Notes: generated by a model not told the origin, from the letters alone. A stretch of DNA of 64,000 nt from Synechococcus sp. (GCA_047285305.1 JBJBDL010000003.1:64001-128000), one strand, 5' to 3'; positions 1 through 10,994 are shown, numbered from the stretch's first letter. Made by a program: numbers and translations.

Positions 1-1
1 C

Positions 2-193
2 AGCCCCAAGAGTTTCGATGGCCGCGGCAACTACACCCTTGGGGTGCGCGAACAGATCATTTTCCCTGAGATCTCCTTCGACAAGATCGATGCGATCCGG
101 GGCATGGACATCACCATCGTGACCACTGCCCGTTCGGACGAAGAGGGCCGGGCCCTCCTCCGCGAGATGGGAATGCCGTTCCAGAGCAACTGA
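2..193 (+). CDS. rplE: 50S ribosomal protein L5 (3' part, truncated by window edge)
   Basis: Frame from nt 2 reads [24 protein letters not shown]...[11 protein letters not shown], the L5 C-terminal signature; TGA at 191-193; directly upstream of rpsH. Confidence 0.97.
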   Translation, partial: SPKSFDGRGNYTLGVREQIIFPEISFDKIDAIRGMDITIVTTARSDEEGRALLREMGMPFQSN

Positions 194-212
194 GCCCTCC
201 CCGTCGACACCT

Positions 213-614
213 ATGGCCAACCACGACCCCATTTCCGACATGCTCACCCGCATTCGCAATGCGAGTGAGAAACGTCACGAAACCACCAAGATCCCCGCTT
301 CGCGAATGACCCGCAGCATCGCCAAGGTGCTGCAGCAGGAGGGCTTTATCTCCGAGATCAGCGAGCAGGGCGAAGGCGTTCGCACCGAACTGGTGCTCGC
401 CCTCAAATACAGCGGCAAGCACAGGCTGCCCACCATCCGCTCCATGCAGCGGGTCAGCAAGCCCGGTCTCCGCATTTACAAGAACACTCGCGGCCTGCCC
501 AAAGTCCTCGGCGGACTGGGCGTGGCGATCATCTCCACCTCCAAGGGTGTGATGAGCGACCGCGACGCCCGTCGTGAGGGCGTCGGTGGCGAAGTGCTCT
601 GTTACGTCTACTGA
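213..614 (+). CDS. rpsH: 30S ribosomal protein S8
   Basis: [30 protein letters not shown] motifs; spc operon position. Confidence 0.99.
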   Translation: MANHDPISDMLTRIRNASEKRHETTKIPASRMTRSIAKVLQQEGFISEISEQGEGVRTELVLALKYSGKHRLPTIRSMQRVSKPGLRIYKNTRGLPKVLGGLGVAIISTSKGVMSDRDARREGVGGEVLCYVY

Positions 615-628
615 TCCGGAGCTGAACC

Positions 629-1168
629 ATGTCACGAATCGGCAAAAACCCTGTTCCCGTCCCTGAAAAGGTCACGGTTTCCCTCGACGGTCTCACCGTC
701 AAGGTAAAAGGACCCAAAGGCGAACTGGAGCGCACCCTTCCTGAAGGCGTCAGCGTCAGCCAGGACAACAACACCATCGTGGTCTCTCCCACGAGCACCA
801 AGCGCATCTCCCGTGAGCGCCACGGCCTGAGCCGCACCCTCGTCGCCAACATGATCGAGGGTGTCAGCAACGGCTACAGCAAGGCTCTCGAGATCGTTGG
901 TGTGGGCTCCCGTGCCCAGGTCAAAGGCAAAACTCTCGTAGTGAGTGCTGGATACAGCCACCCCGTCGAGATGGAAGCCCCTGAAGGCATCACCTTCAAA
1001 GTGGAGAACAACACCAAGGTGATCGTCTCCGGCATCGATAAGGAGCTGGTGGGCAACGAAGCCGCCAAGGTCCGCGCCATCCGTCCCCCCGAGCCCTACA
1101 AGGGCAAGGGCATCAAGTACGAGGGCGAGCGCATCCTGCGCAAGGCAGGCAAGTCCGGCAAGAAATAA
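629..1168 (+). CDS. rplF: 50S ribosomal protein L6
   Basis: MSRIGK start; [11 protein letters not shown] motif. Confidence 0.99.
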   Translation: MSRIGKNPVPVPEKVTVSLDGLTVKVKGPKGELERTLPEGVSVSQDNNTIVVSPTSTKRISRERHGLSRTLVANMIEGVSNGYSKALEIVGVGSRAQVKGKTLVVSAGYSHPVEMEAPEGITFKVENNTKVIVSGIDKELVGNEAAKVRAIRPPEPYKGKGIKYEGERILRKAGKSGKK

Positions 1169-1201
1169 GCCTTGTCCTGACGTTCCTTCCCTTCACCCAC
1201 C

Positions 1202-1570
1202 ATGTCCCAACTGTCCCGCAAACAGCAGACGCAAAAACGCCACCGGCGTCTGCGTCGTCACATCACCGGAACCTCAGACCGTCCGCGTCTGGCAGTGTTC
1301 CGCTCCAACAACCACATCTACGCCCAGGTCATCGACGACGCGGCACAGAGCACACTCTGCTCCGCCTCCACCGTTGACAAGGAGCTGCGCGCCGGCCTCA
1401 AGGCTCCGGCTGGCAGCTGCGACGCCTCTGTCGCCGTCGGCGAACTGGTCGCCAAGCGCGCCATCGCCAAAGGCATCCAGCAGGTGGTGTTCGACCGCGG
1501 CGGAAATCTGTACCACGGCCGGATTAAAGCCCTCGCCGATGCCGCCCGGGAAGCGGGCCTTCAGTTCTGA
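1202..1570 (+). CDS. rplR: 50S ribosomal protein L18
   Basis: [16 protein letters not shown] and [21 protein letters not shown] motifs. Confidence 0.99.
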   Translation: MSQLSRKQQTQKRHRRLRRHITGTSDRPRLAVFRSNNHIYAQVIDDAAQSTLCSASTVDKELRAGLKAPAGSCDASVAVGELVAKRAIAKGIQQVVFDRGGNLYHGRIKALADAAREAGLQF

Positions 1571-1584
1571 TTCCTGCTCAACCC

Positions 1585-2229
1585 ATGACAGATTCCTCCC
1601 CCCAATCCAATCCCAACGCCGTGCCGGGTGCGGCCGACGTTCCAGCGGCAGCCGAAGGGCAGCAGCAACAGGAACAGCGCCGCGGCCGTGGCGACCGTGA
1701 CGGCCGTCGTGGCGACCGGCGTGGTGGTCGTCGCGGCCAGGAGCGCGACTCCGAATGGCAGGAGCGCGTGGTTCAAATCCGCCGCGTCTCCAAGACCGTC
1801 AAAGGCGGCAAGAAGATGAGCTTCCGGGCCATCGTGGTCGTCGGCAACGAAAAAGGCCAGGTCGGCGTCGGCGTCGGCAAGGCCGGTGATGTGATCGGTG
1901 CCGTCCGCAAGGGTGTTGCCGATGGCAAGAAGCACCTAGTCAAAGTGCCGTTGACCCGCCACAACTCCATCCCGACCCTCTCCAATGGTCGTGATGGTGC
2001 TGCCAGCGTGCTCATCCGCCCTGCAGCCCCTGGTACCGGTGTGATCGCTGGCGGTTCCATCCGCACAGTGCTCGAACTCGCCGGCATCAAGAATGTCCTG
2101 GCCAAGCGCCTGGGCAGCAAGACCCCCCTGAACAATGCACGGGCTGCCATGGTGGCCCTGTCGCTTCTCCGCACCCACAAGGAGACGGCGAAGGAACGGG
2201 GAATCTCCCTCGAACAGATCTATTCCTGA
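1585..2229 (+). CDS. rpsE: 30S ribosomal protein S5 with N-terminal extension
   Basis: [22 protein letters not shown] motifs. Confidence 0.99.
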   Translation: MTDSSPQSNPNAVPGAADVPAAAEGQQQQEQRRGRGDRDGRRGDRRGGRRGQERDSEWQERVVQIRRVSKTVKGGKKMSFRAIVVVGNEKGQVGVGVGKAGDVIGAVRKGVADGKKHLVKVPLTRHNSIPTLSNGRDGAASVLIRPAAPGTGVIAGGSIRTVLELAGIKNVLAKRLGSKTPLNNARAAMVALSLLRTHKETAKERGISLEQIYS

Positions 2230-2235
2230 TTCGCG

Positions 2236-2691
2236 ATGACTCTCCGACTCGATTCCCTCAAATCCAACAAGGGCGCTCGTCGCCGCAAATTGCGCAAGGG
2301 CCGCGGCATCGCCGCCGGTCAGGGTGCCAGCTGCGGCTTCGGCATGCGCGGCCAGAAATCCCGTTCAGGTCGCCCCACGCGTCCCGGCTTCGAGGGTGGC
2401 CAAATGCCTCTGTACCGCCGGGTCCCGAAGCTCAAGCACTTCCCCCTGGTGAATCCCAAGTCCTTCACCGTGCTCAACGTTTCTGCGTTGAACGACCTGA
2501 AGGACGGCAGCACCGTCAACTTGGATTCCTTGGTCAAGGACGGCATCGTGACCAGCCCCAAGCATCCTCTGAAGATTCTCGGTAACGGTGAACTGAAAGC
2601 CAACAAGCTGACAGTACAAGCTGCGGCGTTCACCGCCTCGGCTCGCACCAAGATCGAAGCCGCAGGCGGAACCTGCGAAATCCTCGACTAA
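2236..2691 (+). CDS. rplO: 50S ribosomal protein L15
   Basis: [15 protein letters not shown] motif. Confidence 0.99.
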   Translation: MTLRLDSLKSNKGARRRKLRKGRGIAAGQGASCGFGMRGQKSRSGRPTRPGFEGGQMPLYRRVPKLKHFPLVNPKSFTVLNVSALNDLKDGSTVNLDSLVKDGIVTSPKHPLKILGNGELKANKLTVQAAAFTASARTKIEAAGGTCEILD

Positions 2692-2725
2692 CCAAGGGCT
2701 CGTCCCCAAGTCAGCCCTAGGGTCT

Positions 2726-2760
2726 GAGCCGTCCGTCGGATTTCGATCCACGGGCGGCTT
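2726..2760 (+). other. Strong RNA hairpin with UUCG loop between rplO and secY
   Basis: GAGCCGTCCGT-C-GGAT-TTCG-ATCC-ACGGGCGGCTT inverted repeat. Confidence 0.6.
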
Positions 2761-2795
2761 CTTGGCTTTTCGCCCAACTTCACTTTCTTCCAGAC

Positions 2796-4115
2796 ATGCT
2801 CGTCAGTCGGGGTCGCAACCCCAACGCCTCCGAAGTGATCGGCCAGCTGATCACCAACCCTGGGCTCCGCAGTCGCGTGCTCACCACACTCGGCCTGCTG
2901 TTGTTGGTGCGTCTTGGGATCTATATCCCAATGCCCGGAATCGATCGGGAAGCGTTCAAGCAGTTCATCGATCAAGGCGGACAGCTGATCGGTTTTCTCG
3001 ACATCTTCACCGGCGGCGGGATCTCCACCCTGGGCATCTTTGCCCTGGGGATCCTGCCCTTCATCAACGCCTCGATCATCCTCCAGCTGCTGACCGCAGC
3101 GCTGCCGCAGCTGGAAGATCTCCAGAAGAATGAAGGCGAGGCCGGCCGACGCAAGATCGCCCAAATCACCCGCTATGTGGCGCTGGGCTGGGGTCTCGTC
3201 CAAAGCGTGGTCTTCGCCATGATCCTGCGCCAATACGCCGTGGAAGGCCTCAGCGAAGTGACCTTCGTCGTGCAGACGGCACTGGCCCTGGTCACCGGCT
3301 CGATGGTGGTGATGTGGCTGAGTGAAGTGATCACGGAGCGGGGCATCGGCCAGGGCGCTTCCCTAGTGATTTTTCTGAACATCGTCGCCACCCTGCCGCG
3401 CACCCTCGGCGCCACGATCGAAGCCGCTCAAACCGGTGACCGCGACACCGTGCTGGGCATCATCGTTCTGTTGCTGGTGTTCCTGGCCACGATCGTTGGA
3501 ATCATCTTCGTGCAGGAGGGGGCTCGCCGTATCCCCATCGTCAGTGCCAAGCGCCAGGTAGGTGGAGCAGGTGTTCTCCCCACTCGTCAGAGCTATCTGC
3601 CGCTCAAGCTGAATGCAGGCGGTGTGATGCCGATCATTTTCGCCTCAGCCCTGATTTTTCTGCCGGTCACCATCGCCAACCTCACCAAAAGCGAGTGGTT
3701 GATCCGTGCAGCCAGTGCCCTGAATCCCGGGGCAGCGAACCCCTGGCCGTACGCACTCACGTTTTTTGCGTTGATCCTGGGCTTCTCCTATTTCTACGCC
3801 TCACTCACGGTGAATCCCGCTGACATCGCCACCAACCTGAAACGGGGTGGCGTGGCGATTCCAGGCGTCCGCCCTGGCAGCGCCACGACCACCTATCTCT
3901 CAGGAGTCCAGAACCGTCTCACCTTGTTGGGTGGTCTGTTCCTCGGCGCCGTCGCCATCATTCCTGCGGCCGTCGAACGCGCCACCAATGTGCAGACCTT
4001 CCAGGGGCTTGGCGCCACCTCTCTGCTGATCCTAGTCGGTGTGGCCATCGACACGGCCAAACAGGTGCAGACCTATGTGATCTCACAACGCTACGAAGGA
4101 CTCGTTCGCCAGTGA
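2796..4115 (+). CDS. secY: Preprotein translocase subunit SecY
   Basis: FALGILPFINASII, GIGQGASLVIF, LPLKLNAGGVMPIIFA, IPGVRPG motifs; multiple hydrophobic helices. Confidence 0.99.
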   Translation: MLVSRGRNPNASEVIGQLITNPGLRSRVLTTLGLLLLVRLGIYIPMPGIDREAFKQFIDQGGQLIGFLDIFTGGGISTLGIFALGILPFINASIILQLLTAALPQLEDLQKNEGEAGRRKIAQITRYVALGWGLVQSVVFAMILRQYAVEGLSEVTFVVQTALALVTGSMVVMWLSEVITERGIGQGASLVIFLNIVATLPRTLGATIEAAQTGDRDTVLGIIVLLLVFLATIVGIIFVQEGARRIPIVSAKRQVGGAGVLPTRQSYLPLKLNAGGVMPIIFASALIFLPVTIANLTKSEWLIRAASALNPGAANPWPYALTFFALILGFSYFYASLTVNPADIATNLKRGGVAIPGVRPGSATTTYLSGVQNRLTLLGGLFLGAVAIIPAAVERATNVQTFQGLGATSLLILVGVAIDTAKQVQTYVISQRYEGLVRQ

Positions 4116-4167
4116 GTGCTTCTGGGCAGCGCACCTTCCGTTCACTTCACCTCACGCTTACGCAACC

Positions 4168-4719
4168 ATGAAAAATCGCTTGCTCTTCCTTGGCCCTCCC
4201 GGAGCCGGCAAAGGCACCCAGGCCGCCCGACTGTGCGATGCCAACAGCATGAAGCATCTGTCCACAGGAGATCTGCTGCGCTCTGAAGTGGCAGCCGGCA
4301 GCGAACTGGGCCAAGAAGCTGAAGCGGTGATGAACCGTGGCGAACTGGTGAGCGACGCCCTCGTGCTGGCGATTGTGGAAAGCCAGATGAAGGCCCTCAC
4401 CACAGATGGCTGGCTGCTGGATGGGTTTCCCCGCACGGTGCCCCAGGCTGAAGCACTCGAACCCCTGCTGGCCGAACTGGAGCAACCCATCCAAGCCGTG
4501 GTTCTGCTGGAGCTGGATGACGCCGTTTTGATTGAACGGCTGCTGGCCCGCGGACGCGCCGACGACAACGAAGCGGTGATCCGCAATCGCCTTGAGGTTT
4601 ATCGCGAGAAAACCGCACCCCTGATTAGCTTCTACAGCGATAAGGGGCTCCTGGTTTCCGTCCCAGCCCAGGGCACAGTCGAGGAGATCACCAAGCGGAT
4701 CGAGTCCGTTCTCGGTTGA
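4168..4719 (+). CDS. adk: Adenylate kinase (short type)
   Basis: [12 protein letters not shown]-loop, STGDLLR, LLDGFPR. Confidence 0.98.
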   Translation: MKNRLLFLGPPGAGKGTQAARLCDANSMKHLSTGDLLRSEVAAGSELGQEAEAVMNRGELVSDALVLAIVESQMKALTTDGWLLDGFPRTVPQAEALEPLLAELEQPIQAVVLLELDDAVLIERLLARGRADDNEAVIRNRLEVYREKTAPLISFYSDKGLLVSVPAQGTVEEITKRIESVLG

Positions 4720-4765
4720 CCGGCATGGTAATGTTGCCGTTTGGAAATTTGGAGAGCCACGCCTC

Positions 4766-4879
4766 ATGAAGGTGCGCAGCTCAGTGAAAAAAATGTGTGA
4801 CAAGTGCCGGGTGATCCGTCGCCACGGCAAGGTCATGGTCATTTGCGCCAACCCCAAGCACAAACAGCGCCAGGGCTGA
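4766..4879 (+). CDS. rpmJ: 50S ribosomal protein L36 (zinc-ribbon type)
   Basis: Read manually (below ORF-track cutoff): [37 protein letters not shown]. Confidence 0.98.
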   Translation: MKVRSSVKKMCDKCRVIRRHGKVMVICANPKHKQRQG

Positions 4880-4950
4880 TCCCCCGCTGTTCTGAAACAT
4901 TCCTCGCCTCCAGGACTTCGGAGGCATCTGTCCTTTTCAACTAAACGAAC

Positions 4951-5316
4951 GTGGCACGGATCGCCGGCGTTGACATTCCCCGCGACAAGCGGATCGAAGT
5001 GTCCCTCACCTACATCTACGGAGTTGGTCTCACCCGCTCACAGGCCATCCTGGCCAAAACCGGCGTGAACCCCGACATCCGGGTGAAAGATCTGGAGGAC
5101 GGAGATCTTCAGAAGCTCCGCAACGCCATGGAGGAGTACACCCTCGAAGGCGATCTGCGCCGTCAGGAGGGCATGGCCCTCAAGCGCCTGCAGGACATCG
5201 GCTGCGTCCGTGGCCGTCGCCACCGCATGAGCCTTCCCGTTCGTGGCCAACGCACCCGCACCAACGCCCGCACCCGCCGCGGCGCGCGGAAGACTGTGGC
5301 CGGCAAGAAGAAGTAA
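4951..5316 (+). CDS. rpsM: 30S ribosomal protein S13
   Basis: GTG start, [23 protein letters not shown]. Confidence 0.99.
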   Translation: MARIAGVDIPRDKRIEVSLTYIYGVGLTRSQAILAKTGVNPDIRVKDLEDGDLQKLRNAMEEYTLEGDLRRQEGMALKRLQDIGCVRGRRHRMSLPVRGQRTRTNARTRRGARKTVAGKKK

Positions 5317-5351
5317 GTCCTCTACATCGTTATCCCTGACTGCATACGGCC

Positions 5352-5744
5352 ATGGCTAAAACCGTCAAAAAATCCGGCCCCAAGAAGGCCAAGCGCAACG
5401 TCCCGAACGGCGTCGCTCACATCCAGAGCACCTTCAACAACACCATCGTGTCCATCACCGACACTGCCGGTGAGGTGATTTCTTGGTCGTCTGCAGGTGC
5501 CAGTGGCTTCAAAGGTGCTCGCAAAGGCACCCCCTTCGCGGCTCAAACCGCTGCAGAAGCAGCAGCACGTCGCGCCCTTGACCAAGGCATGCGTCAGATC
5601 GAAGTGCTGGTGAGGGGTCCTGGCTCAGGCCGTGAGACCGCCATCCGTGCTCTCCAGGTTGCTGGCCTCGAAATCACCCTGATTCGCGACGTCACCCCCC
5701 TGCCCCATAACGGTTGCCGCCGGCCCAAGCGCCGCCGCGTCTGA
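5352..5744 (+). CDS. rpsK: 30S ribosomal protein S11
   Basis: [32 protein letters not shown]. Confidence 0.99.
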   Translation: MAKTVKKSGPKKAKRNVPNGVAHIQSTFNNTIVSITDTAGEVISWSSAGASGFKGARKGTPFAAQTAAEAAARRALDQGMRQIEVLVRGPGSGRETAIRALQVAGLEITLIRDVTPLPHNGCRRPKRRRV

Positions 5745-5791
5745 ACCGAGCTGATTTCCGTCCGGTTTCTCCCCTTACCCCGATTCAGACC

Positions 5792-6730
5792 GTGTTGCAG
5801 TACCAGATTGATCGCATTGAGCATCAGGTGGCCGAGGATCGCGCCCAGTCCGGCGTTTTCCTGATCGGTCCCCTCGAGCGTGGCCAGGCCACGACCCTGG
5901 GCAACGCGCTGCGCCGCGTGCTGATGGGTGGTCTGGAAGGCAGTGCTGTCACCGCCATCCGTATTGCCGGTGTCAATCACGAATACGCCACGGTTCCTGG
6001 GGTCCGTGAAGACGTTCTCGACATCCTGCTGAACTGCAAGGAGCTCACCGTCAACAGCCGTTCGGCCGAACTCGAGATCGGTCGTCTCGTGGTGGCTGGT
6101 CCCGCTGAAGTAAAGGCCGGAGATCTTCAGTTCTCCTCTCAGGTGCAGGTGGTGGACGCCGATCGTCCGATCGCCACCGTGGCCGACGGCCACAGTCTCG
6201 AGCTGGAAGTGCACGTTGAGCGCGGCGTTGGCTATCGCCCGGTGGATCGTCACAACGAAGAAACCAGTGCCATCGATCTGCTCCAGATCGATGCAGTGTT
6301 CATGCCCGTGACCCGGGTCAACTTCACCATCGACGAAACCGCCGTTGCCGAAGGCGGTTCGGCCCGCGAGCGCCTGCGGATGGAGATCGTCACCGACGGC
6401 TCCATCACCCCCGACGACGCCCTGGCTCAATCAGCCAATCAATTGATTGAGCTGTTCCAGCCGCTGGCCACGGTCACTCTCGTGGAGGAAGTTCCTGCTG
6501 AACCCGAACCCTCGGCGGAAGCACAGATTCCTCTTGAGGAACTGAACCTTTCGGTTCGGGCCTACAACTGCCTCAAGCGGGCCCAGGTCAACTCAGTGTC
6601 TGACCTGATGGGCTTCAGCTACGAGGATCTTCTGGAGATCAAGAACTTCGGTTCCAAATCCGCTGATGAAGTGATCGAAGCCCTCGAGCGCATCGGCATC
6701 TCCATCCCCCAGAGCCGCACTTCTGCATAA
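5792..6730 (+). CDS. rpoA: RNA polymerase alpha subunit
   Basis: [36 protein letters not shown]; likely GTG start at 5792 (VLQYQID), in frame with the track ORF 5714..6730. Confidence 0.98.
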   Translation: MLQYQIDRIEHQVAEDRAQSGVFLIGPLERGQATTLGNALRRVLMGGLEGSAVTAIRIAGVNHEYATVPGVREDVLDILLNCKELTVNSRSAELEIGRLVVAGPAEVKAGDLQFSSQVQVVDADRPIATVADGHSLELEVHVERGVGYRPVDRHNEETSAIDLLQIDAVFMPVTRVNFTIDETAVAEGGSARERLRMEIVTDGSITPDDALAQSANQLIELFQPLATVTLVEEVPAEPEPSAEAQIPLEELNLSVRAYNCLKRAQVNSVSDLMGFSYEDLLEIKNFGSKSADEVIEALERIGISIPQSRTSA

Positions 6731-6779
6731 CTGCAGAACGGCCTGAACGTCCTTTTTCGTCTTCGTCACCGACAGAACC

Positions 6780-7130
6780 ATGCGTCATCAATGCCGAGTT
6801 CCTCAGCTGGGACGTCCAGCTGACCAGCGCAAGGCAATGCTGCGCGCCCTGACCACCCAGCTGATTCGCGAAGGTCGGGTCACCACCACCAAGGCACGGG
6901 CCAAAGCGCTTCGCGACGAAGCCGAGCGCATGATCACCCTGGCCAAGGACGGCAGCCTCGCCTCCCGTCGCCGGGCCATGGGTTACATCTACGACAAGCA
7001 GCTGGTGCATGCCCTGTTCGACAAGGCTCCCAACCGCTACAGCGATCGCAAGGGTGGCTACACCCGCATCACCCGCACCGTTCCCCGTCGTGGCGACAAC
7101 GCCGAGATGGCCATCATTGAACTGGTCTGA
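6780..7130 (+). CDS. rplQ: 50S ribosomal protein L17
   Basis: MRH start, [20 protein letters not shown]. Confidence 0.99.
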
Positions 7131-7155
7131 TCAGACCTCACGTCAGTTCTGACGT

Positions 7156-8037
7156 TTGAACACCCAACCCTCGTCTGCAGGTCCTGAGCAAGCGTCCCTT
7201 CAGCGGATCGCGCTCAGCCTTCAGTACGAGGGTTCTTCGTTTTGTGGGTGGCAGCGCCAACGCAACGGTCGCAGTGTTCAGGCCGTGCTGGAGGACGCCA
7301 TCGCCCAGCTTGATCCGCACCGACCGGTGCAGACCTTTGCCGCCGGTCGCACCGATGCCGGCGTTCATGCCGCCGGTCAGGTGGTGCACTTCGACTGCAG
7401 TGGGCCGATCCCAGCTCGCAAATGGGCCCCGGCCTTGAACGGACGCCTGCCGAGCACCATTCGTGTGCGCGAATCCGTCGCCCGTCCCCTGGATTGGCAT
7501 GCCTGTTACTCCGCCACCTACAGGCGGTACCGGTACACGATTCACAACGGGCGCCGCCCCAATTTGTTTTTAAGCCCCTGGAGCTGGCACCGTTACCAAC
7601 ACAGGCTGGATGAGTCCCGCATGCGGGACGCTTTGAGCAGCATGCTTGGTCTGCACGACTTCAGCGCCTTCATGAAGGCAGGCAGCCGTCGCGCCCATGC
7701 CCGAACCACCGTGCAGGAGGTGCTCGTGGAGCGCCAAGGCGATCTTCTGCGGGTTGAAATTCAGGCCAGTGGTTTTCTGTACGGCATGGTTCGCCTGCTG
7801 ATGGCCCAGTTGGTGGCCGTTGGCGAGCACCGTCTCAGTGTTGCCGCCTTTGAACAGCGCTGGAGGGAACGACGACGCCATGAGGTGAAAGAGGCGGCGC
7901 CGGCCACGGGCCTCTGCCTGCTTCGGGCTGGCTATGCCGAGCCCATCTTCACCAAAGCCGGCTGGTACGATTGTCAGCCGTGGTTTTTTCTGGCCGAGAG
8001 CGATCCGCCTCCGGATCCACCCTCAACGCCGGGATAA
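7156..8037 (+). CDS. truA: tRNA pseudouridine(38-40) synthase
   Basis: [25 protein letters not shown] motifs; TTG start uncertain. Confidence 0.96.
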   Translation: MNTQPSSAGPEQASLQRIALSLQYEGSSFCGWQRQRNGRSVQAVLEDAIAQLDPHRPVQTFAAGRTDAGVHAAGQVVHFDCSGPIPARKWAPALNGRLPSTIRVRESVARPLDWHACYSATYRRYRYTIHNGRRPNLFLSPWSWHRYQHRLDESRMRDALSSMLGLHDFSAFMKAGSRRAHARTTVQEVLVERQGDLLRVEIQASGFLYGMVRLLMAQLVAVGEHRLSVAAFEQRWRERRRHEVKEAAPATGLCLLRAGYAEPIFTKAGWYDCQPWFFLAESDPPPDPPSTPG

Positions 8038-8091
8038 ACGGGCCTCTACTTCGAAAGCTGCCCAACTCACTGGAGCTGGAGGGCCGAAGAG

Positions 8092-8192
8092 TAAGCTCGA
8101 TCTTTAGCCCCGTCAGGTCCAGTTCTGGACCGACCCCTTTGCCCAGTTCCGCTTCTTCAGGCGGGACATAACCGAACCGGCATGCCGGCGCG
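8092..8192 (+). promoter_or_regulatory. Putative promoter (-10 TAAGCT) and structured 5' leader of rplM-rpsI-rpmE
   Basis: TAAGCT at 8092-8097; hairpins 8112-8134 and 8146-8167; palindrome CCGGCATGCCGG at 8177-8188. Confidence 0.4.
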
Positions 8193-8645
8193 ATGAACAA
8201 GACCTCTCTCCCCCCGATTGATTCGATCGACCGCCAGTGGTACGTGGTGGACGCTGAGAATCAAACCCTCGGCCGTCTGGCCACTGAAGTGGCCGCCGTG
8301 CTGCGTGGCAAGAACAACCCCAGCTTCACCCCCCATCTGGACACCGGTGATTTTGTCGTCGTCGTGAACGCCGAGAAGATCAAAGTCTCCGGCCGTAAGC
8401 CCCAGCAGAAGCTGTACCGCCGTCACTCCGGTCGTCCCGGCGGCATGAAGGTGGAAACCTTCGAAGCTCTGCAGGAACGGATCCCAGAGCGGATCGTGGA
8501 GAAGGCCATCAAAGGCATGCTGCCCCACAACGCCCTGGGCCGCCAGATGTTCCGCAAGCTCAAGGTCTACAAAGGCACCGAGCATCCCCACGCCGCTCAG
8601 AAGCCCCAGCCTCTTCAGCTCAACCCCTCCGCATCCGCCCAATGA
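8193..8645 (+). CDS. rplM: 50S ribosomal protein L13
   Basis: [35 protein letters not shown]. Confidence 0.99.
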   Translation: MNKTSLPPIDSIDRQWYVVDAENQTLGRLATEVAAVLRGKNNPSFTPHLDTGDFVVVVNAEKIKVSGRKPQQKLYRRHSGRPGGMKVETFEALQERIPERIVEKAIKGMLPHNALGRQMFRKLKVYKGTEHPHAAQKPQPLQLNPSASAQ

Positions 8646-9043
8646 GCAACAACTCCGTCGTCTACTGGGGCACCGGTCGTCGCAAGACCTCTGTCGCCCG
8701 TGTTCGTCTCGTCCCCGGCAATGGAACGATCACCATCAACGGTCGTCCCGGTGACAACTATCTGAACTACAACCCCTCGTACATCGCAGCGGTGAAGGCT
8801 CCCTTGGAGACCCTCGGCCTCAGCAGCGAGTACGACATCCTCGTCAACGTTCATGGTGGTGGACTCACTGGTCAGTCCGGCGCCATCAAGCAAGGTGCAG
8901 CCCGCGCCCTGTGTGAACTGTCTGCCGACAACCGCAAGCCGCTGAAGACGGAAGGTCACCTCAGCCGCGACCCCCGTGCCAAGGAACGCCGCAAGTACGG
9001 CCTCAAGAAAGCCCGTAAGGCTCCTCAGTTCTCCAAGCGCTGA
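8642..9043 (+). CDS. rpsI: 30S ribosomal protein S9
   Basis: [35 protein letters not shown] overlap with rplM. Confidence 0.99.
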   Translation: MSNNSVVYWGTGRRKTSVARVRLVPGNGTITINGRPGDNYLNYNPSYIAAVKAPLETLGLSSEYDILVNVHGGGLTGQSGAIKQGAARALCELSADNRKPLKTEGHLSRDPRAKERRKYGLKKARKAPQFSKR

Positions 9044-9056
9044 TTTTTTTTTACCG

Positions 9057-9308
9057 ATGCCAAAGCCCGACATTCATCCCACCTGGTATCCCGACGCCAA
9101 GGTGATCTGCAACGGCGAAGTGGTCATGACCACAGGCGCCACCCAGCCGGAGATCCACGTCGACGTCTGGAGCGGCAACCACCCCTTCTTCACCGGCACC
9201 CAGAAGATCCTCGACACCGAGGGGCGTGTGGACCGCTTCATGAAGAAGTACGGCATGGGCACCAAGAAAAAAGGTGCCGACTCTGCCAAGGCCGAGTCCA
9301 AGGCCTGA
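9057..9308 (+). CDS. rpmE: 50S ribosomal protein L31
   Basis: MPKPDIHP...DVWSGNHPFFTG...GRVDRF; ATG at 9057, in frame with track ORF 8976..9308. Confidence 0.97.
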   Translation: MPKPDIHPTWYPDAKVICNGEVVMTTGATQPEIHVDVWSGNHPFFTGTQKILDTEGRVDRFMKKYGMGTKKKGADSAKAESKA

Positions 9309-9323
9309 GGGTGAGAACGGGGC

Positions 9324-10421
9324 ATGGACGCCTCGACCTTGTTCACACGGCTGGAAACAGCCACAGCCAGCTTCCGCAACCTCGAGCGGCAGCTGGCTGA
9401 TCCTGATGTGGCCGCTGATCCGAAGCGGCTTGAATCGATCGCACGGGAGCGATCAAGACTCGAGCCACTCGTGCTCGATTTCGAGGAACTCCAGAAGCTC
9501 GAATCCGAGCGTGATTCCGCACGTCAGCTGCTGAAAGACAGTCGCGGTGACGCTGCGATGGAGGAACTGGCGCAGGATGAGTTGGCCAGCCTCCAGGAAC
9601 AGCACGCAACGCTGACGGAGCGGCTCACCCTGGCTCTGCTGCCGCAGGATCCCCGCGATGAGCGCAGTGTGATGCTGGAAATTCGTGCCGGCGCAGGCGG
9701 CGATGAGGCCTGTCTCTGGGCCGGTGATCTGGCACGGATGTATGAGCGTTACAGCCAAAAAGTGGGCTGGGCCGTGCAATCCATCAGCTGCACCGAGGCC
9801 GACCTGGGCGGGTTTCGCGAACTGATCCTGTCGGTGCGTGGCGACAGCGTCTACAGCCAACTGAAATTTGAAGCGGGAGTGCATCGGGTGCAACGGGTCC
9901 CGGCCACGGAATCCCAGGGTCGGGTCCACACCTCAACAGCCACGGTGGCCGTGATGCCCGAAGCCGATGCCGTGGAAGTTCAGCTCGACCCGAAGGATCT
10001 CGATATCAGCACCGCGCGTTCAGGCGGTGCTGGGGGGCAGAACGTCAACAAGGTGGAAACAGCTGTGGACCTTCTCCACAAACCCACGGGCATCCGCGTG
10101 TTCTGCACCCAGGAACGCTCCCAGCTGCAGAACCGGGAACGGGCCCTGGAGATCCTGCGCGCCAAATTGTTGGAGCGGGAGCAGGCGGCTGCCGCAGAAC
10201 GCGAAAGCAGCGACCGACGCGCCCAAGTGGGCAGTGGTGACCGCTCCGAAAAAATCCGCACCTACAACTACAAAGACAACCGAACCACAGATCACCGGCT
10301 GGGCCGAAACTTCACCCTGGAACCTGTGTTGGAGGGCCAGCTAGAAGACCTGATTGGTGCCTGCATCGCCGAAGAGCAACGTCAGAAACTCGAAGCGCTG
10401 AGCGATCAAGCCGAGGCCTGA
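9324..10421 (+). CDS. prfA: Peptide chain release factor 1
   Basis: [12 protein letters not shown] (PxT specificity motif), [14 protein letters not shown]. Confidence 0.98.
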   Translation: MDASTLFTRLETATASFRNLERQLADPDVAADPKRLESIARERSRLEPLVLDFEELQKLESERDSARQLLKDSRGDAAMEELAQDELASLQEQHATLTERLTLALLPQDPRDERSVMLEIRAGAGGDEACLWAGDLARMYERYSQKVGWAVQSISCTEADLGGFRELILSVRGDSVYSQLKFEAGVHRVQRVPATESQGRVHTSTATVAVMPEADAVEVQLDPKDLDISTARSGGAGGQNVNKVETAVDLLHKPTGIRVFCTQERSQLQNRERALEILRAKLLEREQAAAAERESSDRRAQVGSGDRSEKIRTYNYKDNRTTDHRLGRNFTLEPVLEGQLEDLIGACIAEEQRQKLEALSDQAEA

Positions 10422-10424
10422 CGG

Positions 10425-10925
10425 TCAAGCACCGATCACGTACTTCGCCCATTCCTGGTGATGACCGGAATGGATCTGGCGCCGGGCTTCAAAACTGAGG
10501 CTGCTGGCCGGTCGCCGCGGGACATGGCGCAGAGGCATGGCGGCTTCCTTCGGAGTTCGATTGCCCTTTCGCACATTGCAGCTGAGGCAAGCCGTGGTCA
10601 CGTTCTCCCAGGTGTCACTACCTCCCCGACTGCGGGGCATCACATGGTCGATGGACAACTGATGGTCACGACTGCCGCAGTACTGGCATGTGTGGTTGTC
10701 CCGCTGAAAGAGGTTGCGACGCGTCAAGGGCAGCTGACGAAAGGGAACGCGGACGTACTGCCGCAGGCGAATCACAGTCGGCAGCTGGGTGCCCTGACGC
10801 AGTTGCCGACAGGGGTCGTGTTCCAAGCTCTCGGCCTTGCCCTTCAGCATCATCACCACAGCCCGTCTCCAGGTGGTGATATTGAGCGGCTCGTAGGACG
10901 CATTGAGAACGAGAACCTGGCCCAT
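10425..10925 (-). CDS. Stand-alone HNH endonuclease family protein
   Basis: VLVLNASYEPL N-terminus; RDNHTCQYCG...DHVMPRSRGG...WENVTTACLSCNVRKG. Confidence 0.9.
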   Translation of the reverse strand: MGQVLVLNASYEPLNITTWRRAVVMMLKGKAESLEHDPCRQLRQGTQLPTVIRLRQYVRVPFRQLPLTRRNLFQRDNHTCQYCGSRDHQLSIDHVMPRSRGGSDTWENVTTACLSCNVRKGNRTPKEAAMPLRHVPRRPASSLSFEARRQIHSGHHQEWAKYVIGA

Positions 10926-10994
10926 GCCAGCTCACTCAATAATGGTCATGCTATCGGCAATGTGAAGCTGTCTCGGTAGCGCCGAGCACCGCCT

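Noticed and set aside
194..5791. Missing rpsN, rpmD, map, infA and rpsD from the spc/alpha operons; rpsJ placed after tuf
   Set aside because: Matches known cyanobacterial operon organisation (infA lies elsewhere in marine picocyanobacteria). No remnants suggest recent loss.
10425..10925. HNH protein as Cas9/IscB-like or homing endonuclease
   Set aside because: Only 166 aa; no RuvC motifs, no repeat array, no room for a guide RNA, and not inside an intron.
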